A stretch of DNA of 63,595 nucleotides, filler included, from Sphacelaria rigidula (taxonomy: Eukaryota), in the NCBI GenBank assembly GCA_964200075.2. It is 9 parts of 9 records of this genome, joined end to end, with 100 filler letters (N's around TTAATTAATTAA, not from the genome) between each part and the next. Parts side by side here need not be neighbours in the genome. Positions count along the whole stretch, not along the records: positions 1 to 6,978 come from CAXNAA020017112.1; positions 7,079 to 14,056 come from CAXNAA020017113.1; 7 more parts are not named here. One strand, written 5' to 3'. The notes below the pieces were generated by a model. It made no database searches and had not been told where the DNA came from. It saw nothing but the letters and a program-made list of their open reading frames with translations. This document shows, one piece after another, positions 1 to 10,937 of the stretch. Position 1 is the stretch's first letter, and the number at the start of each line of letters is the position of its first letter. Position numbers and translations under genes: made by a program.

Positions 1-72
1 GGACACAATCCCGGGGAGCGGTTGATTCTCATTTCAAAATACGTTCTCATTTTTCTGGCAACCCTGTTAATT

Positions 73-1056
73 GCAGATTTTCGGTACTGTATTCATGGAA
101 AGTGCAAGCTGAACGCTACATGCGTTAGAAGTGACCGGTAATCCAACGAGCCATATCAACGGAAAATACACGCGTCACCTACAAATGACGATTTGGCTCA
201 TAGAAAATGAACTACATTCCTAGTAAAATTAGTACATTTATTCAAGCCTTCGAGTGGTGGGTGTTGAGGTGATTTTGTTTCTCCAGAAAACTCGCTCCAC
301 ATCAGTAGATTGACAATCTTGTTGCACTAGCGAGTGTCCTGCATTTGTCTGCACCAGTCGGGAAGCACACGCCCCCGAGCTGCCACCCCACGTTTACCGT
401 CATTGCGAAGATAACAAGACAAGAGCACGAACAGCAGCTGTTGTGGCCGCTACACCACGACATAACTGCGGTGAAAGGCGTGCCTGACATGGTGCTAGAA
501 CGAGGAAGTACGAAAGTTTGGAGATCATGAGCAGCAGCGTCGCGCATCCGAAAACTATGAGAATGATGTTGATGATGTTGACGATCAAGAGGTTCACGCT
601 GTGCGGATTGGCTACACGCTGCATGTCCTACACACAGCTATGACTGCGGGATTGGAGAGTGAATTCCTCATGGGCCCCATGGGGTCAGGGTCATGGCATG
701 AGTGGGAGGAATCCCATCTTGTCAGCCGCTTGGGCACGGTCTGGTTCTCTCTGTCCACATCAACATCTTCAACGTCAACTTTTCCCAATTCTCAGTATGT
801 ACAGTGTACAGGCAGTCACTTTGGACATCGTGGCTCTGCGGACCTAGGCATACATGGTCCGCAGTCTGAAATCAAAATCACTCTTCGCGCCTTGGCTTCT
901 CTGCTGGGACCCTCAGACACAACAACCGAAGTTCATGTGTGACCTCGCTCTCTGCAACCCAATACATGAAGGGTACTCGCTGTTGAAAGGCGAATTTGCC
1001 CTTTGTGCACAGTCGTACAGACTGAAGTAGTACCTGGTGGAATACCACAAAGTGAA
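73..1056 (+). repeat. Unclassified ~1-kb interspersed repeat; second copy at 12733-13692 (minus strand)
   Basis: Colinear reverse-complement match to contig 2. ORFs 601..942(+) and 12850..13254(-) are near-identical (AMTAGLESEFLMGPMGSGSWHEW...SDTTTEVHV). Confidence 0.9.
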
Positions 1057-1059
1057 GTG

Positions 1060-1304
1060 TGTGGCGAAATCACGCCGTCACGGTTGAGTATATAGTGGAT
1101 CCTGGATGATGACCAGGGGACAAGGGCATCCTGTGGATTATGACCCTTGCTGTGTAGCCCAGGCCTGATGATAGAGGGCTGCAGGTGTTTACTCCGATAA
1201 TGATAAGGTGTTGTGAAGGCTAACTAAGACCTTGAGGCCAGTGGAGCTGGGGAGTCCCTCAACAGCATTAGACGCTGCAGTACTAGCAACCTGCTAGCGT
1301 CACA
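1060..1304 (+). repeat. 5' LTR of the Gypsy element
   Basis: TGTGGCG...CGTCACA imperfect inverted termini (TG..CA). TATA-like TATATA at ~1089. Core 1098-1260 is homologous to 4984-5147. It begins just after the host repeat alignment ends. Confidence 0.75.
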
Positions 1305-1380
1305 ATATCGATATTAGTGCTAGTGCTAGTGCTGGCGTGCTAGTAGATGCTATCGTTTGAGACTGCTGAAAAATTTTAGC

Positions 1381-2233
1381 ATGGAGAGTCTGGACAACTA
1401 GTGATTAGCTTCGGGTGCCTCTCGATCGTTTTACACGAGATACACGGAATACAAAAGGAGGGTGGAGCATGCGAATGCAGGGGGTACGGTGAGGCATCAG
1501 GTGGTTTCGATGGCGCAAATAGTACCAACACCCTTGCAAAGCGTCTTCGCGAGACGGTTCCATGAAAAGCATACCATAACGCCGCTGCAGTTGGCCGCAG
1601 CGATAAAGAAGCACGTAGGGCATGCGGCAGGCGCGGAGGTAGAGCTTACTCAGGCATCCGCGGTCGTGGCAAAGGCTGTCGCAATGAACCACAAGGGGAG
1701 GACCATGCATGAGAGGGTGGAGCCCACAGTGGGTAAGTTGGAAACGTATTTTGCGGAAAACCCCAACGTAGAGATGATTTATCGTTCGTCCGATGGGAAA
1801 TTTCGCCCAGGCCCGCTGCGGTGGTCACCGAAGCGATGGTGGAGGGTCTGGCACCGGCGGAATTTAAGCAGGCCGTGCTGGTGCAGTTACAGCACGAAAC
1901 AAACTGGAAGTCGGACCCGTATTTAGTCATGGATACCGTGGTGGCTGAGGCTCAGGCATGGCGGCGCGTCGAAGTATTCGGAAAATCATCCACTTCGTCG
2001 CCGCAGTCTTCGAGCTCGCGTAACCGCGGATCAAAATCCGCAGGCAGTCCGGCCTCCAATTTTACTTGTTTTCAGTGTGGCCAGGTCGGTCACATCGCAC
2101 GGAAGTGCCCACCGCCTTCTGAAGGGAAGTCTGGGCAGACGAGTGCCGCGTGCCCTCACAAGGGCAAAAGACGAGGTAGTCGTGGTGGCGGCGGCGGCGG
2201 ATCCTCCAGCGGTGGAGGTGCACAGTCGACTTC

Positions 2234-2277
<44 letters not shown>

Positions 2278-2666
2278 GGCAGCGGCGTCAGCATGGGTCC
2301 GGTTCTGGGTTCGGTTCAGCCGCAGGGGCTACTGCTCCTCAACGGGCGGTGCAGGTGGGACCGACCTCTCTAGTGTCGGGCTCGGCGCCGGCGCCGCCGG
2401 CAGCAGAGCAGGGCGAGCCGCCGGCTGTGGAGCCGGCCGGTTTTCAGCTGCAGTTCGGATCGGCTGCTGCGTCGACCGGGGTACCGCTGCAGAGTGGTTC
2501 TGCGGGCGGAGCTTCGTACCCGCCGGCGGTGTCGGTGACCCCAGCAGGGGCGTCTCTGCCTGCGCCGCGCGCGCAGCCGTGGCGCCAAGTGGGGATTACG
2601 AACAATCGGTCGGCGGAGCAGGTGCCGGTCGAGGACCAAGACAATTATGTCCCTGCCGAGTTATAG
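1381..2666 (+). pseudogene. gag: Gypsy gag (disrupted) with CCHC zinc knuckle and poly-Gln tract
   Basis: CFQCGQVGHIARKC in ORF 1821..2666. Frameshift between ORFs 1462..1926 and 1821..2666. (CAG)n at ~2235-2276. Confidence 0.85.
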
Positions 2667-4941
2667 CTGCCCGATCAATGGGCGCGGGGAGCTATATCGG
2701 TCAAAGCGGTGTTGGATTCAGGCGTCCACTTCACGAGCATGTCGGTGCTAATTGTGGAAATGCTGAAGCGTCTACTCCCCGGTGAGCAAATCCGAATTCC
2801 GTTTCCGCTCGGGGCGCGGCAGGCCATCACCGCATCGGGGCAACGTATAAATGTGACGGAGCGTACGATTCCCCTACAGTTGGCGTTCCTGACTACTTGG
2901 GGGCCAGAACAATTACCCCCCATATCGTTTACGATCATGCTGGGGACGGATGGTGTCGTTCTGTTAGGCCTACGAACGCTTCGGGGACTCGGAGTCGATC
3001 CGTATGATCGGTTGTTGGAGTCCCAAAAAAACGCAAATGCCGTCGCCCGGATCGAGTGTCGAGACGTCTGCTTTTTTGGCCAGTCGCAGAGTGAGCTTGA
3101 CGGTTGATGCTCTCCAGGAGGCGGGGGGGCAGGTGTCCGAGGAGCGTGATGAGGCGGTGGAACGCTTGGTGGAGCGCGGCCCCGATATGTTTATGGAGCC
3201 GGCGGAAGAAGAGTCCGCGCGAAAGGCTGCGCTTGAGGAAAGCGTGACGGATGCGGTGGAAAATGGCCTCGGAGTCTCAAAAGTGGAGCTCTTGCGTGGC
3301 ATACTGTATAGCCACGTTTACGCGTTTCGTCGTGCGCTGAGGGGTGATTCCCCTGCGCGCGTGGAACCCATGAGGGTTACACTAAAGCCAGGGGCGGCCG
3401 CGGTGAGGGCAAAACTGAGGAGGTATGATCCGGTAAAGGTCAGTTGGCTAGCTTCTTGCATAGGAGCTCTTGTGGCGTTTGGGTTGGTGTTCAAGAATCT
3501 ACAGGCGGCGTGGTCCAGTCCAGCGATGGCGGTGCCGAAGAAGGACTCTTTCCGTCTTGTTAGCGATTACGGAGCCGTCAATGATCAGGTGAAGAAGTCG
3601 CCGGGTGTCATGCCCAATCAGGAATCCGACATGATAGACCTGTTGAGTGCGCGATGTGTCGGTAAGTTGGACCTCCTACAGGGGTACTGGCAGATGCCGT
3701 TGGCCGAAGAGGCGCAAGAGATATTCACGATCACGACTCCGTTTGGCATGTTTACCCCGCAAAGAGTACCGCAAGGCGTGTTGAATGCTACTTCCTATTT
3801 TGAAGGTGTCATGGTAGACCTTTTAGATGGCTTGAAATGCAAGATTTGGGTGAATTATGTATTTTTCTTCGCGGATATACGGAAGACAAACGGTTGGATA
3901 TGCTTGATGCAATCTTGGCTCGCTTAGAGAGTGTTGATCTGTTTGCAGCTGCCCACAAGTGTATCTTTTTTGCTAGTGAACTAGTGTGGTGTGGGAAAGT
4001 GTACTCACACGGCCGCGTCTCGCATGACCCGGTCCGCTTGCAAGGTTTGTCTGACGTGTGGCGTCCAGAAACAGCCGCAGAACTAATGTAATTGCTGCAC
4101 GCAATGAACTGGTTGCGTACCTCGTTGCCACGTATGGCTGAAGTCGCCCTTACGCGGTTTTCTAGAGGAACTCATGGTGGGCGCAGCAAGGCGCACAAAG
4201 CGGGTGGCAAAAAATCGTATTATTCCACCCGCCTCGTGGACGGAGGGCAGGCTGCAGGCATGGGCGGCAGCGAAGGATCTGATGGCTCACGCCGTGACGC
4301 TGTTCCATCCCCACCCCGGTTGCCAGGTGCTGATGTTTCCGGATGCATCCGGGTGTCATTGGGGTAGCTTTGTCACGCCGGTGCCTAATGCAGAAATGTA
4401 ACAACGGTTGCCGGTTGAAGACATGACGCATGAACCGCTGGCTTTTCTGAGTGGTAATTTCAAGGGTTCACAGATGCGTTGGGCAACGATTGACAAAAAA
4501 GATTTCGCTATCGTGAGCACTTTTCGTCGTCTCGAGCATCTATTGTGGAATGGCGTACACATTTTCACGGATCACTGAAATCTAGCGTACATTTTCAACC
4601 CGGAGGCATGCGTGACGTCTGTGTCAAAGGCGTTGGCACAGCGATTGGAGGGGTAAAAAGGAGTATTAGGCCAGTATCGGTACACGATTTGTCATATTTC
4701 GGGTGAGCGTAACGCGTGGGGTGACTTGCTGTCGCGCTGGGTAAATATTCCCTCTTTGCCTGCGCGCGTTGTGGCTGTGCATGGTCCGTGCGAACCTGAT
4801 GACTCGATGCCGTCCAAATATGTTGTCCGCCAAGCGCAACGAAAAGACCTTGGGGCCGAAGGTGCGGATGTGCAATCTTTTGAGTCGGACGTTGGTTCTG
4901 CTATCTTGGACAGTGAAGGTCTGTTTCGTGTGCATGTGCGT
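2667..4941 (+). pseudogene. pol: Gypsy pol, N-terminal part: aspartic protease, reverse transcriptase, RNase H (disrupted)
   Basis: Protease VLDSG at ~2706. RT motifs RLVSDY, KLDLLQGYWQMPL and TPFGMFTPQRVPQGVLNA; the catalytic xxDD has decayed to WVNY. RNase H motifs FPDAS, WATIDK, IFTDH and HISGERNAWGDLLSRW. Internal stops and frameshifts. Confidence 0.93.
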
Positions 4942-5857
4942 TGTAGCCAAAATACACCAAGGCGTAGTAAATATAGCATGTATGATCCTGGATGATGACC
5001 AGGGGACAAGGGCAACCTGTGGATGATGACCCTTACTGTGTGGCCCATGCCTGATGGGACGGGCCGCAGGTGTTTACTCCATGGTAATAACAAGTGAGAA
5101 GAAAGGACTTGTTGAGCACGAGGCCAGTGCTACTGGAGGAGTCCCTCGTGGATAGTCCTCTTGTCCAGATCGTCTGGCAGAGGCTATAATATCTAGATAT
5201 TATTCTTCCGGCACTCTGTTAGAGGAATTTTGGCTGAGCAGGGATTGGGCTGCAGCATAGAGCCAGTTCAGCCCGCAGACGGAAGGCAGCTTACAGCGCA
5301 CAGCGTTCGGAGGAACACAGTCCGCTGGAGGGACGCTCAAGTAAGGCAAGAGTATATCCGTGATTTTAAGTCATAGAGAACATGGCTCAAGCGGCAACGA
5401 TGCCGCTGGTTTAGGATAAACCGTTAGGAACGTCAAAGTATGGTGAGCACAAGCAACAGAAACAGCTGCCGACTTGGCGAGCGTTTTTCACTCGCTCGTG
5501 TTACAATTGTGGAGACCATGGGCATATTTTAAGAAGTTGCCCCAAGCCTCGCGCTAAAGACGCTGCGCAAGTAAATGCGCGAGATGGGTCAAGATCTCGA
5601 GGCGATCGTTATGGCGGACAAGGTCGGAGCAACCAGAGATACGGGTGCAGAGGCAGGGGCCAAAAACGAAACCAAGCAGCGGAGAAGTGTAATTCCGACG
5701 CTACTGTATCCCTAAGTGCGTTTCCAAGTAATGACGCCAGATCTCCAGGCTCGTCTGTGTCGGGGCGGCTAACATATGCCGGAGGAGGTAATACTTTGGT
5801 GGGGAGTGCTAGAGCGGAGGGCTCGCAACCCATAGGCCCGGCAGGATTTGCTATATA
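4942..5857 (+). mobile_element. Nested, deleted Gypsy-family insertion (one LTR at 4942-5188 plus a gag remnant) inside host pol
   Basis: GCGT target duplication (4938-4941 / 5858-5861). Host pol reads ...LFRVHVR|SRNVLWIP in frame across it. LTR core is homologous to 1098-1260. CCHC knuckle CYNCGDHGHILRSC at ~5499-5540. Confidence 0.88.
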
Positions 5858-5861
5858 GCGT

Positions 5862-6978
5862 AGCCGAAACGTTTTGTGGATTCCAAGTTCTGACAAGCAG
5901 TTGCAGTTACGTTTGATGATTTGTGCGCACATGCGCGATGCCGGGCATCAAGGTGTGGATGCGACGCTCGTGCGCTTGAAAGAGTTTTGTGTCTGGAAGG
6001 TGATAGAAACTAATGTGCGTGGATTTGTCCACCAGTGTCTTCACTGTGCTGACTCGAGGGCGGGCGATGTTGTCCCCCGCCCGCTCGGTGAAACGGTCCA
6101 TGGGACCACGCCCAATGAAGTCGTTCATTTTGACTTCTCGCACGTGGTCGAGAGTGGCCCGCTAGCTTCCCACGGTTTGTCGGAGGATGCTGGATTCCGG
6201 TACATTCTGGTCATCATGAATGATTTGAGAAATTTTGTGGCTCTGGAACCAGTAGCCGTGTGTGCTGCTGAATCGACTGCTGAGTCTTTGCTGAACTGGT
6301 GCAAAACTTTGGGGGTGCCCCGTGTGTGGGTGAGTGATACCGCCACGCATTTTAAGAATGCGATCTTGGCTAGGTTGCAAGAGGCTTTGCGCGTTGATCA
6401 CCGGTTTGCGGTAGCGTATTCTTCGTGGTCTAACGGTACGTGCGAACGAATGGTAAAGGAAGTGGTTCGTGCTCTTCGCTCTATTCTTCTCGAGCAGCGT
6501 CGAGAGGTGACCGAGTGGGTGGACGTGTTGCACGCTGTGCAATGGGCGGTAAATACAGCATATCGCCGTCGGTACGATAGTACGCCGTATCACGTGATGT
6601 TTGGCCGTGCCCCTTGGACGTCTTTCTCGGTGCTGGCGTCCTCGTCGGCGGGGGAATGGAAGTGTGATGTTCTGGACGATGTTCAAATTAAGAGTGCATT
6701 GAAAGGAGTCTTGGACTTGCAAGAACGTCTCCACGTTCAAGTGCAGGAACGTGCTGCGGCTGAACGTGCGCGTGGACGTGAGGGATCTTCGTCGGGGTTG
6801 GAATTACCGAATTTCGAAGGAGGTGATTACGTTTTGTATGCACGTGTGCGTCGCCCGTGAGTTACGCCAAAATTGATGGCGACGTGGACTGGTCCGTGGA
6901 GAGTGGTTGGTGCTCGTCACCCGCACGTCTTTGAGATGCAAAACACTGTTTCTGGTCGTGTTCAGACCGCTCATGTAG
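5862..6978 (+). pseudogene. Gypsy integrase (HHCC, DDE core, GPY/F-like motif)
   Basis: AHMRDAGHQG...CLHC, VVHFDF, WVSDTATHF and SNGTCERMVKEV. TWTGPWRVV follows a premature stop at 6858-6860. Confidence 0.93.
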
Positions 6979-7078
6979 NNNNNNNNNNNNNNNNNNNNNN
7001 NNNNNNNNNNNNNNNNNNNNNNTTAATTAATTAANNNNNNNNNNNNNNNNNNNNNNNNNNNNNNNNNNNNNNNNNNNN
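6979..7078. other. Artificial contig-joining spacer (N44-TTAATTAATTAA-N44); identical spacers at 14057-14156, 21134-21233, 28211-28310, 35288-35387, 42365-42464, 49442-49541, 56519-56618
   Basis: The same 100-bp linker, with stops in all six frames, recurs every 7077-7078 bp. This fits length-sorted contigs concatenated together. Confidence 0.97.
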
Positions 7079-8930
7079 TTATTATTACATCATAATAGGC
7101 AAGTAGGAGCTAGAAATCACGCACGACGGGAACAGCCTTTCATGCACAATGGAACGCCGGAAGGCCATGGGGGCCCACCATTAGCGCGTGAATATCGTGA
7201 ATGTGAGCGCGACGATCGATACCACGGAGACATGTTCGTATAAAAACTGTGAAATTGTTTTTTTTTAAGATCTGACGGGAGCCGGACAGCAGCCGTTTTG
7301 AGGGCATCAAATAGGTTCGAATTTTTGGAGCATGCCGTACCTATGTGGCCATCCAGAAACAGATAGCTACAGACAGTCAGTAACAATGAAATGTCTGGGC
7401 TTGTTTCAGCTGAGTAAGCTGCTTGAAGACTAGCTCAACCTATCTCAGATAACAAGACACTTTTGGCCAGCGGTTGGCGGCGTTGCCCATCAATGAGTCA
7501 GCAAGTAGTTTGTATGTTGCGAGAACGCCTTTGCTCCCCGTGGAAGCATATCTCGCGTCGAGAAAAGAGGTGCAATAACCTACGCAAAGCCGAAAAGGTG
7601 AACGAAAGAACCCTCCCCGAGCACACCGACAGAACATTTCATGAGCTGCAGCTCACGGATTACAACACGCCAGCCCACATGTGGATTACGCCAGCAACAG
7701 CTAAGTCACCGCCAGAGGTATGATTTACTCTGCGTGCCAAGTGTCCATGGACGTGTGATCTCTACTACAACGTCCCCCCGACCCAGATGTGTACAACTGC
7801 CCTTGAACCAAGCGCAGGTCAAAATCAACGATACTCCCCCCCCATCCCCCACGTGCGATTGAATCTTCGCGGAATGGCCATTCCTCTCGCGCGCGTGTAT
7901 ATGACAAAGGGATAGCGGTGACACGAACGTCGCCCTGTTTCTCGCCCGAACAACCGGTTCTCGTAAATGGGGTTGAACATTGAAACGAGTTTCAAATGGC
8001 GTAACTAATTTACAGGAAGGGTGCGAAACTGTTGCACCAAGGGCAAGCATCTTTCCCCAAAACCATCTAAAGCAGTTTTTTAGCATTTGTGGCTGGGTGC
8101 ACCGAACGAATGCGGTATACACGCGTGTCGATGACGATATCACCAGAGGGAAGAACAAAGCCGGAGAGGAAGCTCCTCGCCGGTGTCCTTTCTGTGTCCC
8201 CGTTCGGCGATTCCCAATTGCCCGAGAGATTGCCATCATGTTACCATCACATACCCAAGCTTCCATGTGTCGGCAGGCGGGTTCTTGTAGCACACTTCCG
8301 GAAACAAGATCGGGATTCCCACGGCTGTCGTCTCCTGTCTGTGGCGTTGACCAACGCAAAGATCGATTCCTCTCTGCGTCTGTGCTTAGACCGGACATGC
8401 CTCTGTGCGCAGTAGAACACGTCGTCGGAAAGCAGGGCGATGTTCCCGTCACCGCTACTGTTCTCTCTCACACACATGCTAGCGGCAATAACAAGATCCA
8501 ATCGCAACTTCGTGGTGGGTGTTGTTGTCGTGGTTGATCTTACCCGACCTGTGTGTTCACCAGGACAAGCCTACCACACCCCCAGTTGGGGGGATGTATG
8601 AGAGATCAAACACACTTCGATACCTTCTAGGCATGCGGAGGGAAAAAAGGAACCTCTGCCGGTGACCTAACTGTTACTGGCGTGACCCATGTGGATGCAG
8701 TCACCCTGTGATCTGCGCTGTTCTGATGTACAACCGGTCGGGTGCTCAACAGGCTGTGTGTGCGCGCGTGTGTTGTAATGGCAAAGCAAAATGTCATGCG
8801 AGGCCATACTAAGCTGAGACGAGGTAGGGTTATGGTCTCACCAGGAACAAGGGTGTTCTATGGTCAAGCACTTGCCGTTGCATTTGTGACCCACGCCGTC
8901 AAGCACTGACCACAAAGGTCGTGGCAACAA

Positions 8931-9606
8931 CAGCTTTCGAGCCGAGTGGTCGGCATATTACCACTTCAAACAATCCGTGACAGCTTTAGTTGCTCTGCGT
9001 GCTTGTGCTGACTGACTGCCCGTAGAGCAGCCACCATAGCACCCAATTTAACAATGCTTGGTGAAACTGAACAGTTTCATTCCCTTGAATTTGTTCCATA
9101 GACTCAAAATGGACCTACAAAGCTGCGGGAGGGCGCTTTCCCCTCTCCCCGCCAGGGATAGGAAAACGATGACGCAGATTTTGTGAGCTCTATGGAACAT
9201 CGACGGGCACCGAGAGTTTTCTTCGAATGAAATTTTGCATTTTTTCACCTATAAAGTGTTTCATCAGACCAATTTTCTCTTTCGAACTCGAACCTGTCCA
9301 TTGCAGTTCGGCTCTACACTGATCGCTTTATCCAAATCCCAGAATAGTTTCATATAACCGTTCGACAGTATCTTTATAGGTTTGACCGAACCCAAAGGAA
9401 GCACTTTCCCGCGGCTTTTGAAAGCCGTTTTTAGTCTATGGAACAAGTTCAAGGAAACGAAACTGTTCAGTTTTACCAAGCATTGTCAAATTCGGTGCTA
9501 GGGCGGCTATTTTATAAGCAGTCAGTCAGCACAAGTACGCAGAGCAACGAAAGCTGTCATGGATCGTTTGACGCGGTAATATGCCGACCACTCTACTCGA
9601 AAGCTG
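8931..9606. mobile_element. MITE/foldback element with ~210-bp imperfect terminal inverted repeats
   Basis: 8931-~9140 (CAGCTTTCGAG...) is the reverse complement of ~9397-9606 (...CTCGAAAGCTG). The right flank is TA and the left is AA, so a Tc1/mariner-like assignment is tentative. Confidence 0.8.
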
Positions 9607-10937
9607 TACTCGCCATACTTTGGCGGGTCTGGCGGCTCACCTGATACCAGCGGCGCTGCCGCCGCTTGAGCAATGTCGTTTAGGCCTCACCACTTCACGG
9701 AAAGACTCTTGGCTGACTTGCACGTCCTCCAGCCCACAGAGCGTCCTCCACCGCTGTGCGCTTCAAGTTGTCTCTTTGCGTCTGCGGGTCAAACTGGCTC
9801 CCAGCTGCGGCCCCTCCTCCTCAGCCAAACTCCTCCAACAGGGTGCCGAAAACAAATCTAGATATTACAGCCTCTGCAAGACGATCTTGACAAAAAGACT
9901 TTCGACGAGGGATCCCTCCAGTATCACTGGTCTCGTGCTCGACAAGTCCTTTATTCTAACTTGTTATTTTCACGGAGTGGTCCTCAACAGATGACCTCAC
10001 GAGCCAGACAGCAAGGAGCCCCACAGATAGGGCCATCAATCCAGGATCCCCTGTCCCCTGTCACTGCTCCAATCATGAATGCGATTATACTGAAACCTAC
10101 GGCTTGGTATCATTTGGCTACAGCTTCCAGGCGTGCTTTCACAGCGCTGCTCAAAGGGTGTCCCCAAATGCTGCTAGAAAGCTACTAGAGGTAGTTGTTT
10201 TTGTTTCCAACACAGAGATCACCGCAGGGTTGTCAAAAAGACAGTGAAGGATCCTCTACAGCGTGCTATATGTCTGCCTCCACAGGGCTGCTCACAGGGT
10301 GTCGAAACAAATATTGTACAAAATGCTACTGGAGGTAGTTGAGTTGAGTCCAACACAGGGTTCACCGCTGGGTCCTCACAAAAGACTGAAGAACCCTCGA
10401 CAGCCTATCCGTCCACATGCACCAAGCCTCTCAAGGGCATTCGTGTCCTCTGTGCGCCAACAATGGGTGAATCTCACTGAGAAACGATGCGAAAGTCCTC
10501 GGGAGCTTCATGAAAATATGTGTACGCGGCCATACTACAAAGCAACAGCCAGTTATACCGATTTCCCTGCATGCAGGCTCCAGCGTTTTAGATATCCCTA
10601 GAAAATAACCCCTTCGCCCAGAGACTGCGAAGGGTTCGAAATACCCATTGTGCTGTACTGTATATTTTTGCAAGCTGTGCCCTCACCATTTTTACAGCCC
10701 TTTTGTCCCGACTTAACGTTAAGTCGCTTTCATTGTATTGCAAGCTGTGGCCCCCTACCATGTACCATTTTTAAATCGCTTTTTGGTGCATGGGAGCCGA
10801 GATTTGTTATATTGTGCTATCTAGACTAAGGGCCTTTCGTCGAGGTGCGTACAATGCTGGAACGCGCGCATGCCAGGAAACAAGAATCTCCGGCTTTTGC
10901 TGTATAGTATGGCCGTGTGTATATACTGACAGTCAGT

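Larger units (their letters stand above)
1060..6978 (+). mobile_element. Decayed Ty3/Gypsy LTR retrotransposon (5' LTR, gag, PR-RT-RH-IN), truncated at the contig end
   Basis: Gypsy domain order: CCHC knuckle, LDSG protease, RT motifs, RNase H, then HHCC+DDE integrase. Several stops and frameshifts. Confidence 0.95.

Noticed and set aside
1-66. hAT-like terminus (...CTGGCAACCCTG)
   Set aside because: Only one possible end is visible, with no partner TIR or TSD to confirm it.
1160-1260. Hammerhead ribozyme (CUGAUGA) or box C/D snoRNA in the LTR
   Set aside because: No correctly placed GAAA/UH core, and CUGAUGA is CUGAUGG in the second copy. No terminal C/D box arrangement. Kept only as an unclassified structured RNA.
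7706-8537. Overlapping 185-248 aa ORFs on both strands
   Set aside because: No recognisable motif or splice structure. Likely chance ORFs or decayed repeat sequence.
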